A stretch of DNA of 64,000 nt from a bacterium (GTDB lineage Bacteria > Patescibacteriota > Minisyncoccia > Phycocordibacterales > UBA2100). The stretch covers positions 131,603-195,602 of the forward strand of contig JAEUQT010000001.1 of NCBI GenBank assembly GCA_016789445.1, in the 5' to 3' direction. Within the stretch, counting starts at the first letter, position 1, and every line of letters begins with the position of its first letter. Of the stretch, positions 27,166-38,714 are shown piece after piece. A model generated the notes under the pieces. It was not told where the DNA came from. It did no database searches and was given only the letters and a program-made list of their open reading frames with translations. Both the position numbers and the translations under genes were made by a program.

Positions 27166-27425
27166 GCAGGGCGGGCTTGGTCAAGAACATTTCTTGCTTC
27201 CGTCGAAGCAAGAAATTTCTCGGCCCTGATGTTGCGGGGGCGGGCTTGGTCACGGATAATCTTCGCGCCGTCGCGCGAAGATTTCCGCGACCCCGGCTCG
27301 CGGTTTCGCCCACTGGCGAAACATCGCTCCGCCTTGCAAGTCCAGCACGAAAAGCGCACCGGCGCTTTTCTCCCCGCGACTGCACAAACACAAAACCGCC
27401 CGTACGGCGGCTTTGTGTTTGCTTG
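27166..27425 (-). repeat. tRNA-trailing element, subfamily 1, tandem (one short plus one full copy; after initiator-like tRNA)
   Basis: The direct copy gttgcgggggcggg at 27231-27244 matches 27425-27438. A second degenerate copy gcagggcgggcttg lies at 27166-27179. The core hairpin P-a is at 27303-27322. The inverted copy is tgcaagtcc + hairpin + ccccgc, and a terminator hairpin lies at ~27391-27415. Confidence 0.85.
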
Positions 27426-27497
27426 TTGCGGGGGCGGGACTTGCACCCGCGACCTCCAGGTTATGAGCCTGGCGAGCTACTACTGCTCCACCCCGCT
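27426..27497 (-). tRNA. tRNA-Met (CAU), initiator-like, with non-canonical D- and T-loops
   Basis: A GCGGGG TG GAGC AGTAGTA GCTC G CCAGG CTCATAA CCTGG AGGTC GCGGG TGCAAGT CCCGC CCCCGCA A. It has a 1:72 A-A mismatch, no GG in the D-loop, and G at T-loop position 55. Confidence 0.75.
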
Positions 27498-27539
27498 ATG
27501 AAGTGCGTAGTATACCTCACGAGGAAGTGTGAGGCAAAT

Positions 27540-28127
27540 CTAGATGAATCCGAATTCCTTGAAAACGCGGGCGTACTGACTGATGACGATATTCTTCTCA
27601 CGTTCGGTGAGGGGGTTTTCCGATCCTTCATGCGCGACGCGGTTACGGACCTTATGCGCTTCCCATGCCTCATCGATGGAATTGAAGTTCGCGCGGTTCA
27701 CCATTTTCATCTTCTCACCCATGGTCTCGCCCTTGTACCCCAGAACATCAAGAAGTTCATTGAGCATGATGTCCGCTTCGAGGATCGCCAATCGCCACTG
27801 GTGCTCATCGTTGGAATTCGCATGTTCCATGATGCGATTCCAGCGCAAGCGCGTTCGCGGCACGTCCTCGTGATGCACGGAGTGCGCGTGCCTATGGAAG
27901 TTCGCATGCTCGATCTTACGTATCTGCGAGATACGCAATGCGCAATATGCGATACCGACACAGAACAATAAGGAGACGATGACCGCCAAAGGATAGATCG
28001 GCCCCCACAAGAGAAAAACCGACTCGGGCGACCAGCCGGTACGCATCTCCTCTTGGGCGATCGCTGCCCAATCCGGATGTTCGGTAACCTCTATGAATTC
28101 GTATACCGGCGAATTTCCCTCCATCAC
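27540..28127 (-). CDS. hypothetical membrane protein
   Basis: 195 aa with one central transmembrane helix and a His-rich stretch (HANFHRHAHSVHHED). No family recognised. Confidence 0.55.
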   Translation of the reverse strand: MMEGNSPVYEFIEVTEHPDWAAIAQEEMRTGWSPESVFLLWGPIYPLAVIVSLLFCVGIAYCALRISQIRKIEHANFHRHAHSVHHEDVPRTRLRWNRIMEHANSNDEHQWRLAILEADIMLNELLDVLGYKGETMGEKMKMVNRANFNSIDEAWEAHKVRNRVAHEGSENPLTEREKNIVISQYARVFKEFGFI

Positions 28128-28153
28128 CGGATTATATCCTGCCCTGCTTGGCC

Positions 28154-29572
28154 TTAGGCAGCCTTCTCAACATCAGCGCCGATCATAAGAAGCGCGTCTT
28201 CTCCGTGATGTGGACCGATGAGCTGGAAACCTACCGGAAGAGCCTTTCCATCACGCTGCACTGATCCCGATGGAACCGAGAGCGCAGGGACACCTGCGAG
28301 ATTGACCGGCACGGTAAAGATGTCCGCTGCATACATCGCGACCGGATCCGATTTCTCACCAAGCTTCCACGCCGGGATCGGCGACGTCGGTGTTGCAATA
28401 GCATCGACACCCTCGAATGCTTTCTCGAGATCGGAACGGATGAGCGCACGGACAGCACGCGCCTTTCGATAGTACGCATCGGCGTATCCGGACGAGAGAA
28501 CGAACGTCCCCACGAGGATGCGGCGGCGCACTTCCGGACCGAAGCCCTGACCGCGCGATTTCTCATAGACGCTCGAGATATCTTCCGCAGGAACGGAGAG
28601 TCCGTAGCGGATGCCGTCGTAGCGCGCAAGGTTGGTCGAGACTTCGGCAGGATTGATGATGTAGTAGACCGCGAGCGAATGCGCAAGGTTCGGCAGCTCG
28701 ATATCACGGACCTCATATCCTGCGGTACGAAGATCGGTGAGCGTCTTTTCGAACGCAGCAAGCACATCGGGATCTACCCCCTTTTCAAGGAGCGCACGAG
28801 GTACGCCGATGACTTTCTTCAGATTCTTCGCCGCGGTGCGCACATTCTCAGGAAGCGACGTGCTGTCATTCGCGTCATATCCTGCGATCGCTTCGCGCAT
28901 GATGCGCGCGTCTTCGGTGTTCTTCGTGATGGGACCGATCTGATCGAGCGATGATGCTGCGGCCATGAGTCCGAAACGCGATACGGTGCCATACGTGGTC
29001 TTCAGTCCCACGACGCCACAGAATGCGGACGGCTGACGGATGGAGCCGCCGGTATCCGATCCAAGTGCTGCAAGCGCGAGATTCCCCGCGACCGCTGCCG
29101 ACGAACCACCGGAAGTGCCGCCCGGCACACGTGCCGTATCGATCGGATTCTTCGTCGGTCCGAATGCCGAGTTCTCGGTAGAACCGCCGAGCGCGAATTC
29201 ATCCATGTTGGTGCGGCCAAGAAAGATTGCCCCCTGTTCTTTCAGCTTGGTGATGACCGTCGCATCGTATGACGCACGATAGTTCTCCAACATCTTCGAT
29301 GCGGAAGATGCGATGCGACCCTTGATGAGAATATTGTCTTTCACCGCGATCGGGATACCGGTAAGCGGCTTCACATCGCCTTTTGCGATGCGCTCATCAG
29401 CCGCCTTCGCTTCTTCTCGCGCCGAATCCTTCCACACCTCGAGGTAGGCATGGATTTCCGGATCGCGCTTCTCGATCTCCGCAAGATACGCATCGGTGAG
29501 TTCGAGCGCCGTGAATTCCTTCGCATCAAGAGCTTTACGCGCCGAGGAGATAGTGAGTTTCGAGAGATCCAT
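28154..29572 (-). CDS. gatA: Asp/Glu-tRNA amidotransferase subunit A
   Basis: Amidase signature GGSSGGSAAAVA. 472 aa, downstream of gatC. Confidence 0.95.
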   Translation of the reverse strand: MDLSKLTISSARKALDAKEFTALELTDAYLAEIEKRDPEIHAYLEVWKDSAREEAKAADERIAKGDVKPLTGIPIAVKDNILIKGRIASSASKMLENYRASYDATVITKLKEQGAIFLGRTNMDEFALGGSTENSAFGPTKNPIDTARVPGGTSGGSSAAVAGNLALAALGSDTGGSIRQPSAFCGVVGLKTTYGTVSRFGLMAAASSLDQIGPITKNTEDARIMREAIAGYDANDSTSLPENVRTAAKNLKKVIGVPRALLEKGVDPDVLAAFEKTLTDLRTAGYEVRDIELPNLAHSLAVYYIINPAEVSTNLARYDGIRYGLSVPAEDISSVYEKSRGQGFGPEVRRRILVGTFVLSSGYADAYYRKARAVRALIRSDLEKAFEGVDAIATPTSPIPAWKLGEKSDPVAMYAADIFTVPVNLAGVPALSVPSGSVQRDGKALPVGFQLIGPHHGEDALLMIGADVEKAA

Positions 29573-29573
29573 A

Positions 29574-31864
<2,291 letters not shown>

Positions 31865-31891
31865 TTAGCGTCTTTCGACGCTTTTTTCTAC

Positions 31892-32344
31892 CTAGTAGCT
31901 GAGCTCGACGGAGCGCTGGAGCGCGCGACCGGAGAGCGAAATATCCGAGCAGGGCGTGCTGAAACCATCGGCATGGATGACCGTCCGCGGATCGGTCGTC
32001 TTTTTCTCCACCGCCACCTGCACGCAGTAGCCATTCGGTTCGAACTCGAATTCCATGGTGTATGGCAGCGCTCCCGGCGCGCCGGTAATGGTGAGCGGTG
32101 CACCGTTGCATGCCGGATCGAGTCCCGGGGTCGTGCTGCTGAAATATTCATAGCGCACGTCCCAGTACAGCGCACACTCAGCGCCGGTATCCGCCGCATA
32201 GAATGCATATTGCGAACTGCGCCCCAAGGACGAGAGGATGACCTGTTTCTGCGCAACGCTGAAAATCGAGATGCCCAGCGTAAGGACCAAGGACGCTACG
32301 AGTGCCGAGAACAATATCGTGAAGCCGCGCTGGTTTTTCATCAT
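31892..32344 (-). CDS. pseudopilin / minor pilin (PilX-like)
   Basis: N-terminal QRGFTILFSALVASLVL hydrophobic helix, within the pilus operon. Confidence 0.6.
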   Translation of the reverse strand: MMKNQRGFTILFSALVASLVLTLGISIFSVAQKQVILSSLGRSSQYAFYAADTGAECALYWDVRYEYFSSTTPGLDPACNGAPLTITGAPGALPYTMEFEFEPNGYCVQVAVEKKTTDPRTVIHADGFSTPCSDISLSGRALQRSVELSY

Positions 32345-32889
32345 ACGCTTCCATCGTTAACCCAGCGGTACAGATTCTCGTAGATCGTAAACGTGCGGAG
32401 CTGATTGAGGCCGCCCGTCGTCCATTCGACAGTGACGGTGACGCGGATCTCATCCTGCGTACCTTCGACGTACTCCGCCTCGACGGTCCGACGATATTTG
32501 GTACTCGCCCATCCGGTACTGTACCCGTAGAGGTCCCCATCAGTCTGCAGATACTGACAGGTGCCCGAGCAGGTAGCGATGGCGTTATTGCGCGTATCGA
32601 TGGTGAATGGTGTGCCGATCGGGATATTGCATAGCAGCGTCATCGGGGTGCACGCCGGATCAGGCTGATCATAGGCGATGCGCAGGATATTCCCGTCGCG
32701 GATCGAGCGCACCGATTCGATCGCCTCCTGTCCGAGATTGAATGCCGCGATCTGGTCACGTGCGTAATACGCAGCGGAAAGCGATTGCATGGTGAGTGAC
32801 ATCGGCGCCACGATCGCCACCGTGAGGATGGTGATCGCGACCAAGGTCTCGATGAGCGTCATCCCTTTTTGTGATTCGTGCGTTTTCAT
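32341..32889 (-). CDS. pseudopilin with prepilin-type N-terminal cleavage/methylation motif
   Basis: ORF 32341..32967 trimmed to MKTHESQKGMTLIETLVAITIL. The ATGA overlap with the upstream stop supports this start. Confidence 0.7.
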   Translation of the reverse strand: MKTHESQKGMTLIETLVAITILTVAIVAPMSLTMQSLSAAYYARDQIAAFNLGQEAIESVRSIRDGNILRIAYDQPDPACTPMTLLCNIPIGTPFTIDTRNNAIATCSGTCQYLQTDGDLYGYSTGWASTKYRRTVEAEYVEGTQDEIRVTVTVEWTTGGLNQLRTFTIYENLYRWVNDGSV

Positions 32890-32890
32890 A

Positions 32891-33466
32891 TCAGATATCG
32901 AGCGCACGCTGCACCGCGGTTGCCTGGATGTAGAACGTGGTACGGGTTTTCTCGTCATTGCCGGCACTTCCCTTCACCACGACCACGACCTTCGGCTGGG
33001 TGATGTCTCCCGGCTGGGTTCCGATGACATAGAACGTCAGTTCTTCGATGGAGATCTCCGGTGCCGTGATCGGGATCGAATTCGTGCCGCCGTTGAGCGA
33101 TCGATAGATGCGCCCTCCCTGGATGAAATATACCGCGCGCTCATTCTGCTGGGTGCTATCTGATCCATATGGAGCGAACGAAAAGAGATCGTCACCATTC
33201 GCGCAGTCTGCTCCTACGGCGCCTGGAATACCTGATCCGTTGCAATTGTAATGCGTACCCATGCGCGCGGCGCGTACCATGCTGTCCAGAGAGATATTGA
33301 GGTTGTTCATGACGCTCTCGAGCGTACGCGCCTTACGGTTCGCGTCCACGAGAGCCAGGAGCGCACCGACGGCGACCAGCATGATGATCGCGAAAAGCGA
33401 TACGGAAACCATCATCTCGACGAGCGAGAAACCCTTCTCAGAACGTATGTCGCGAGAAGATGTCAT
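32891..33466 (-). CDS. pseudopilin with prepilin-type N-terminal motif
   Basis: SEKGFSLVEMMVSVSLFAIIML. Confidence 0.7.
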   Translation of the reverse strand: MTSSRDIRSEKGFSLVEMMVSVSLFAIIMLVAVGALLALVDANRKARTLESVMNNLNISLDSMVRAARMGTHYNCNGSGIPGAVGADCANGDDLFSFAPYGSDSTQQNERAVYFIQGGRIYRSLNGGTNSIPITAPEISIEELTFYVIGTQPGDITQPKVVVVVKGSAGNDEKTRTTFYIQATAVQRALDI

Positions 33467-34053
33467 TGTACGGAGATCTGGCCCGAAGCTTCGACGATGA
33501 CTTCTGATTGTTCGCCGCTGCGAGACTGCAGCACGATACGCGCCCGGTCATCGAGCGTGGCCCCTGCGGAGCGGCGGATCATCGCATCCGGCTCGGGACG
33601 CCTGAAGAGCATGCTCAGCTGGGACAAACTACAGGTCTCGATCCCGTTCATCGCTCGGGCGCAGATATTCGCGATGCGGTATCCGCCGTTGAGCGTGGTC
33701 GAGGTGACCGTCTCTCCTGTATCGAAAACGCCGTTCTGGTTCACATCCCCGAACAGCACGTACGAACTCAGGGCATCCTCTGCCGGCTGCGTGATATGGA
33801 TCCCGTATCCCACATCGAAATTGACTCCTTGATACCGACGCACGGCGATACCGTAGACCTGTGCCTGACGGACCGAAAGCGCCATGTCATGCGCGAGGTT
33901 CTGTAAGACGATGAGATTGCCGAAGCGCGCGTTCGTCGAGAGGACCACGCCAGAGAGGATCATGAAGATCCCGGTCACTACCATCAATTCCACAAGACTA
34001 AAGCCCCGGGAAAGCCGAGAATCGGTGCGTAGGAATATATGAGAGCGAACCAT
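33463..34053 (-). CDS. pseudopilin with prepilin-type N-terminal motif
   Basis: ORF 33463..34467 trimmed to MVRSHIFLRTDSRLSRGFSLVELMVVTGIF. This is the only canonical start upstream of the G|F site, and it overlaps the pilD 3' end by 70 nt. Confidence 0.6.
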   Translation of the reverse strand: MVRSHIFLRTDSRLSRGFSLVELMVVTGIFMILSGVVLSTNARFGNLIVLQNLAHDMALSVRQAQVYGIAVRRYQGVNFDVGYGIHITQPAEDALSSYVLFGDVNQNGVFDTGETVTSTTLNGGYRIANICARAMNGIETCSLSQLSMLFRRPEPDAMIRRSAGATLDDRARIVLQSRSGEQSEVIVEASGQISVQ

Positions 34054-34835
34054 ACGATGCTGGTGCCGATGATGAGGAACGGTCCGAACGGCACTTCGCT
34101 CTTCATTGTAAATCCCTCCTTCCCTCCTCCCAAGCGAGTTATCCCAAGAGAATGGAGGACCTTCACGATATGCGGAAGCGGAATAAGGATGAATACTCCT
34201 ATGATCGCGCCGATGACGAAAGAATACATGAGCGCCAAATATCCGTACCCAAGGCCGAGAAGCCATCCCATACCGAGCGCGAATTTCACATCGCCGAACC
34301 CCATCCACGTACCACGCGAGATGAGCCACATGAGGAAAAGCGGGAGCGAAACCAGCGGCCCTGCCACGAGAAGCCACACGTAGGGCACCCACTCCCCCGT
34401 TGGCGCAAAGAGATACATGAGATAGAGGGAGAATACGAGCGCCAGAGCATTGAAACTCCACACCCATCGATCAGGCATGATCATGTGGTAGAGGTCGTAC
34501 ACGAATATCGCGATGCAGAAAATCGCAATCGCGCACCCGATCACCTGCGCGATAAGAGGAAGCGGCGCGAGACCGAGCATAAGAAACGAGATTCCTGCCG
34601 CGAGTTCGACTACGGGATACTGGACGGAGATCGAGGCACGGCACGAGGAGCACTTCCCGCGCAGCATGAGCCACGAAAGGACGGGAAGAAGCTCGTGCCA
34701 TGCAAGCACCCTGCCGCATTTCGGACACGAACTTCGTCCATCAAGCGCGCGCGTGCCGTGGCGAAGGATGAGCACATTCGTGAAGCTGCCGAAGATGAGG
34801 CCGAATCCGAGCCAGACGACGGCCTCGTAGAGCAT
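33984..34835 (-). CDS. pilD: prepilin peptidase (A24 family)
   Basis: The N-terminal C..C...L......P..S......G.C..C zinc motif, plus a polytopic region with GFGDVKF-type aspartates. Confidence 0.9.
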   Translation of the reverse strand: MLYEAVVWLGFGLIFGSFTNVLILRHGTRALDGRSSCPKCGRVLAWHELLPVLSWLMLRGKCSSCRASISVQYPVVELAAGISFLMLGLAPLPLIAQVIGCAIAIFCIAIFVYDLYHMIMPDRWVWSFNALALVFSLYLMYLFAPTGEWVPYVWLLVAGPLVSLPLFLMWLISRGTWMGFGDVKFALGMGWLLGLGYGYLALMYSFVIGAIIGVFILIPLPHIVKVLHSLGITRLGGGKEGFTMKSEVPFGPFLIIGTSIVWFALIYSYAPILGFPGALVLWN

Positions 34836-34896
34836 GCGGAGATTCTAACAGAAAAGCACACCTCTCGGTGTGCTTTTCCTTCAGAACAGAGAGAAA

Positions 34897-35388
34897 CTAC
34901 GGCGTTACGCAGAAGCGCGCGGTCGCACCACTGTCAGAGCAGTCGATGCCGCCGATCGGATTGGTATCAACATCGCCCGCAGGAACGGCCGAAGATCCAC
35001 CTTCGATATCAGCACCAATGACATAGCCTGGGCACGCTGGAGACGTTGTCGTACATGCAGTCGTACCGTCTGCCGCGAGCGCTGCATAGCTGTACGGCGC
35101 GAGCGTCGTCGGATCAAGCGGAAGCGCCGAGATGTACTTGCTGGTGACGAGCACCGACGTGGTTGCTGAGGCAAACGCTTCGGTAGCCGTCGGGAAACGC
35201 TGGTTTGCATCGTAGTAAAGCTCAAGCGCCAACTGAAGCTGCTTGATGTCGGAGATACGGCGTGCATCGCGACCCTTCTTACGGGCGCTGTTGAGTGACG
35301 CCAGGACGACCGACGAGAGGATACCGATGATGGCGATCACCACGAGGAGCTCGATGAGGGTGAAGCCGCGCTGAGATCGATTAAACAT
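34897..35388 (-). CDS. type IV pilin (major-pilin-like), paralog A
   Basis: MFNRSQRGFTLIELLVVIAIIGILSSVVLASL. The C-terminal domain contains Cys pairs. Confidence 0.88.
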   Translation of the reverse strand: MFNRSQRGFTLIELLVVIAIIGILSSVVLASLNSARKKGRDARRISDIKQLQLALELYYDANQRFPTATEAFASATTSVLVTSKYISALPLDPTTLAPYSYAALAADGTTACTTTSPACPGYVIGADIEGGSSAVPAGDVDTNPIGGIDCSDSGATARFCVTP

Positions 35389-35425
35389 AGTTATGATTGC
35401 GTTAATCCGCTAATGAATAACAAAC

Positions 35426-35872
35426 TTACGGTTGCTGACAGTACATCGGATCGGTGCAGGTTACGCTACCCACCGTACCGTCGATGTCCTGACTGAGCGC
35501 TGCGTTCGCCGTATCCTCAAGCGTTGCGCCGAGGATGTAGCTCGCACAGACACCGCCGCTTTGCGTACATGCTGCACCCGCGCTCGTAAGGTTATCGAAC
35601 GAGTACGAGCCCGATTGAGGATCTGTCGGCACGACTGAGATGTATGTCGGCGCAAGCTGCGAGAGAGCATCCGGATACTCGCTCGAGTTATTGTCATAAA
35701 AGAGCTCGAGCGCCAACTGAAGCTGCTTGATGTCGGAGATACGGCGTGCATCGCGACCCTTCTTACGGGCGCTGTTGAGTGACGCCAGGACGACCGACGA
35801 GAGGATACCGATGATGGCGATCACCACGAGGAGCTCGATGAGGGTGAAGCCGCGTTCATTTCGTGAAAACAT
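35426..35872 (-). CDS. type IV pilin (major-pilin-like), paralog B
   Basis: MFSRNERGFTLIELLVVIAIIGILSSVVLASL. Residues 8-56 are identical to paralog A at the DNA level. Confidence 0.88.
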   Translation of the reverse strand: MFSRNERGFTLIELLVVIAIIGILSSVVLASLNSARKKGRDARRISDIKQLQLALELFYDNNSSEYPDALSQLAPTYISVVPTDPQSGSYSFDNLTSAGAACTQSGGVCASYILGATLEDTANAALSQDIDGTVGSVTCTDPMYCQQP

Positions 35873-35978
35873 AGAATTGTGAATAAACGGTTAAAATTTG
35901 ATCGCTATGCACGCTACGCGCGATGCAATCATCATACGGCACATCACACTCCCCTTGTCGAGTGGGTGTGTATAACCG

Positions 35979-37184
35979 CTAGATACCTGACGCGATGTTG
36001 TAGATAGGCACGAGGACCGACGCGAGAAGGATGGCGACGCCGACGGCGAGCATGACGATCATGAACGGCTCGATGAGTGAGACGAGCGTGTCCACTGCGT
36101 TATTCACTTCGCGGCGGTAGAACTTCGCAATGGAATCAAGGATCGAACCCATATTGCCGGTCTCTTCGCCGATCTTGATCATCGCCACCATGATGCCCGG
36201 GATCTCCGGATGCTTACGGAACGCTTCGGAAACCGGCATACCGGCCTTCACGTCGACCGCTGCTTCGCGCAGGACGCGCTCGTACGTCGGGTCTTCGACG
36301 ACGGTGCCGGTGATCTCGAGTCCGCGCAGCATCTGAATACCCGATCGGAGCATGGTTGAGAGGTTGTCAGCGAGACGCGAGAGATAGAGGTTCTGATAGA
36401 TACCGCCGAGGACCGGGACCTGTAATCGTGCACGCGAGAAGACCACCTGACCGGTTTGTGTCTTGATGTAGCGATAGAGGAAAAAACCCGCAAGGACGAC
36501 GAGGATACCCCAGAGCAGTGCGTAATTGGCGAAGAGATTACTCATGCCGATGACGACGCGAGTATAGACCGGCACCGACTGCCCCACTTCCGTGAGCATG
36601 CCCGCGAGCTTCGGGATCACCAGCGTCATCATGAGCACCATGACGATGACGAACGTTCCCACGATGAACGCCGGATAGATGAGTGCGTTCTTCGCTTTCG
36701 CCGTGATTTCGTAGTTACGATCGAGGTAATCCGCGAGATAGGCAAACGTCTCATCGAGCTTGCCGGATTCCTCGCCGGCACGGATCATGTTCACATAGAA
36801 ACCGGAGAAGACTTCCGGATGCCGGGAAAGCGCCGCTGAAATCGCGCTACCCGCTTGGATATCCGATGCGATCGCGGAGAGTTTTGCAGCAAGCTGCGGC
36901 GTGCGTGCCTCCGCCGCAAGGAGCTGGAATCCGCGAAGCGCGGAAACCTGCGCCTCGAACAGCGTCGTCATCTGACGCGAGAGCATCACGATATCGCTCC
37001 CCTTGATACCGCTGAATATCTGGATGCTCCTCTGAAGGCCGACTTTCTGATCCGCCGGATCGATGGATGCGATGATGAGGCCGCGGCGCTGCAGAGCCGC
37101 GATCGCGACATCGATGTTCACCGCATCGACCGTACCGCTACGATCCGCTCCCTTATCGTCGACTGCCTTGTAGGAAAACAACAT
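35979..37184 (-). CDS. pilC: type IV pilus platform protein PilC (GspF family)
   Basis: Two GspF repeats, three transmembrane helices, 401 aa. Confidence 0.9.
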   Translation of the reverse strand: MLFSYKAVDDKGADRSGTVDAVNIDVAIAALQRRGLIIASIDPADQKVGLQRSIQIFSGIKGSDIVMLSRQMTTLFEAQVSALRGFQLLAAEARTPQLAAKLSAIASDIQAGSAISAALSRHPEVFSGFYVNMIRAGEESGKLDETFAYLADYLDRNYEITAKAKNALIYPAFIVGTFVIVMVLMMTLVIPKLAGMLTEVGQSVPVYTRVVIGMSNLFANYALLWGILVVLAGFFLYRYIKTQTGQVVFSRARLQVPVLGGIYQNLYLSRLADNLSTMLRSGIQMLRGLEITGTVVEDPTYERVLREAAVDVKAGMPVSEAFRKHPEIPGIMVAMIKIGEETGNMGSILDSIAKFYRREVNNAVDTLVSLIEPFMIVMLAVGVAILLASVLVPIYNIASGI

Positions 37185-37190
37185 ACTGGC

Positions 37191-38258
37191 TTAGAGCAAT
37201 TTCTGGAGCACGTTCGGATTGAGCGAATACTGGTAGGCGGTCTCGACGGTGATCTCTCCGCGCGAGACGAGTTCCGAAAGCGAGCGATTCATATCGATCA
37301 TGCCTTCCGCGGAAGAGGTCTCGATGACCGTATTGATCTCGTGCGTGCGTTTCTCGCGGATAAGATTCGCGACGGCTTTATTGTTGATGAGAAGCTCGTA
37401 CGCCGGGATGAGACCACCGGAAATGCGCGGCACGAGACGCTGCGAGAAGATCCCCGCGAGCGATGAGCCGAGCTGCAGGCGGATCTGATCCTGCTGCGAC
37501 GCCGGGAAGGTATCGATGATGCGGTCGATGGTCTGTGCTGCGTTGTTCGTGTGGAGCGTCGAGAAGACGAGGTGACCCGTTTCTGCCGCCGTGACCGCCG
37601 CGGCCATGGTTTCCGGTCCACGCATCTCCCCCACCAATATCACGTCCACGTCCTGACGGAATGCGCTCACCAGCGCGGTCGCGAAATCCTTCGTATCAAG
37701 AAGCACTTCACGCTGATCGATGATGGAGCGCTTCGGTTCGTAGATGTATTCGATCGGGTCCTCGATGGTGACGATGTGCTCCATGCGTTCCATGTTGATC
37801 ATCTCGATCATCGCGGAGAGCGTAGTCGATTTGCCCTGCCCGACCGGACCGACTACCAGGAAGAAGCCTTGGTTCTTGCGAGCGAACGTCGTGAGGATAT
37901 CCGGCAGGTTGAGCTCCTGCAGCGTCTTGATCTGCTTCGGAATAAGACGCAAAGCTATACCTACTGCACCGCGCTGGAAGAAAGCATTGCCGCGGAAGCG
38001 GTTTCCATCTGCGGTTTGATACGCGAAATCCAGCTCGAGCGTCGAGAAAAACCGGCTCTGCTGGTCCTGGTTGAGAAGCACCTTCGCGTACCCCATCGTG
38101 TCCTCTGCAGTAAGAACCGGCTCCTTGAGCATCGGGGTGAGATTCCCCGCGACACGGATCGTCGGGTGTGCACCGGTAGAAAAATGAAGGTCGGATCCGC
38201 CTTCATGCGTCAGGACCGTGATGTACTTCTTCAGCTGTGCATCGTAATCGAGCGCCAT
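37191..38258 (-). CDS. pilT: twitching-motility retraction ATPase PilT
   Basis: Walker A GPVGQGKST, Asp box, Walker B ILVGEMR, His box TGHLVFSTLHT. The 355 aa size fits PilT. Confidence 0.9.
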   Translation of the reverse strand: MALDYDAQLKKYITVLTHEGGSDLHFSTGAHPTIRVAGNLTPMLKEPVLTAEDTMGYAKVLLNQDQQSRFFSTLELDFAYQTADGNRFRGNAFFQRGAVGIALRLIPKQIKTLQELNLPDILTTFARKNQGFFLVVGPVGQGKSTTLSAMIEMINMERMEHIVTIEDPIEYIYEPKRSIIDQREVLLDTKDFATALVSAFRQDVDVILVGEMRGPETMAAAVTAAETGHLVFSTLHTNNAAQTIDRIIDTFPASQQDQIRLQLGSSLAGIFSQRLVPRISGGLIPAYELLINNKAVANLIREKRTHEINTVIETSSAEGMIDMNRSLSELVSRGEITVETAYQYSLNPNVLQKLL

Positions 38259-38319
38259 GAAATATATTGTAACGTACTTTTATAGGTCCCCCTCCCTATC
38301 CACACGCCGATGACGCGTA

Positions 38320-38706
38320 TCACTTCATTCCGATCTCTTCCTTCACCATTGAGACGACTTCCGACGGGATCATACTCGCCTTCACGACGTATTTCTGCGC
38401 ACCGAGCTCTTCCGCGTGCTTGCGATCGGCATCGTTGCTCTGGTTCGTGAGCGCGATGAGACGCGCGGTGCCGCCGAGCTTCTCGTCGCGGACGCCTTTC
38501 AGGAATTCGAAACCATCCTGTCCCGGCATGGTGATATCGAACAGGATGACATCAGCTTTCGCACCGCCGCGCAGCGCTTCTATTGCCTCATGCACTGAGA
38601 AACACGAGATCACCGTGAATCCTTCCTGCGTGAATTTAAGGCTGTACATGTCGAGGAGGAACTTATCATCGTCCACCAACATCACTGTCTTTCCGTTTTC
38701 TGCCAT
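38320..38706 (-). CDS. single-domain response regulator (CheY-like receiver)
   Basis: VMLVDDD...ILFDITMPGQDG...K receiver pattern; 128 aa. Confidence 0.85.
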   Translation of the reverse strand: MAENGKTVMLVDDDKFLLDMYSLKFTQEGFTVISCFSVHEAIEALRGGAKADVILFDITMPGQDGFEFLKGVRDEKLGGTARLIALTNQSNDADRKHAEELGAQKYVVKASMIPSEVVSMVKEEIGMK

Positions 38707-38714
38707 AGTGAAAA

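Noticed and set aside
26724-27446. N-terminal extensions of several ORFs (26724..27446, 5574..6464, 45670..46029, 43680..43865, 34054..34467, 16585..16866)
   Set aside because: The extensions are R/S/C/P-rich and run through tRNA genes, repeats or neighbouring genes. Recognisable domains begin at internal Met codons, so the starts were trimmed.
25671-27497. CRISPR array formed by the repeated blocks near tRNA-Asp, tRNA-Met and the initiator-like tRNA
   Set aside because: The repeats are 150-260 nt structured units separated by genes and tRNAs. They are not 25-40 nt direct repeats with regular unique spacers, and there are no cas genes in the window.
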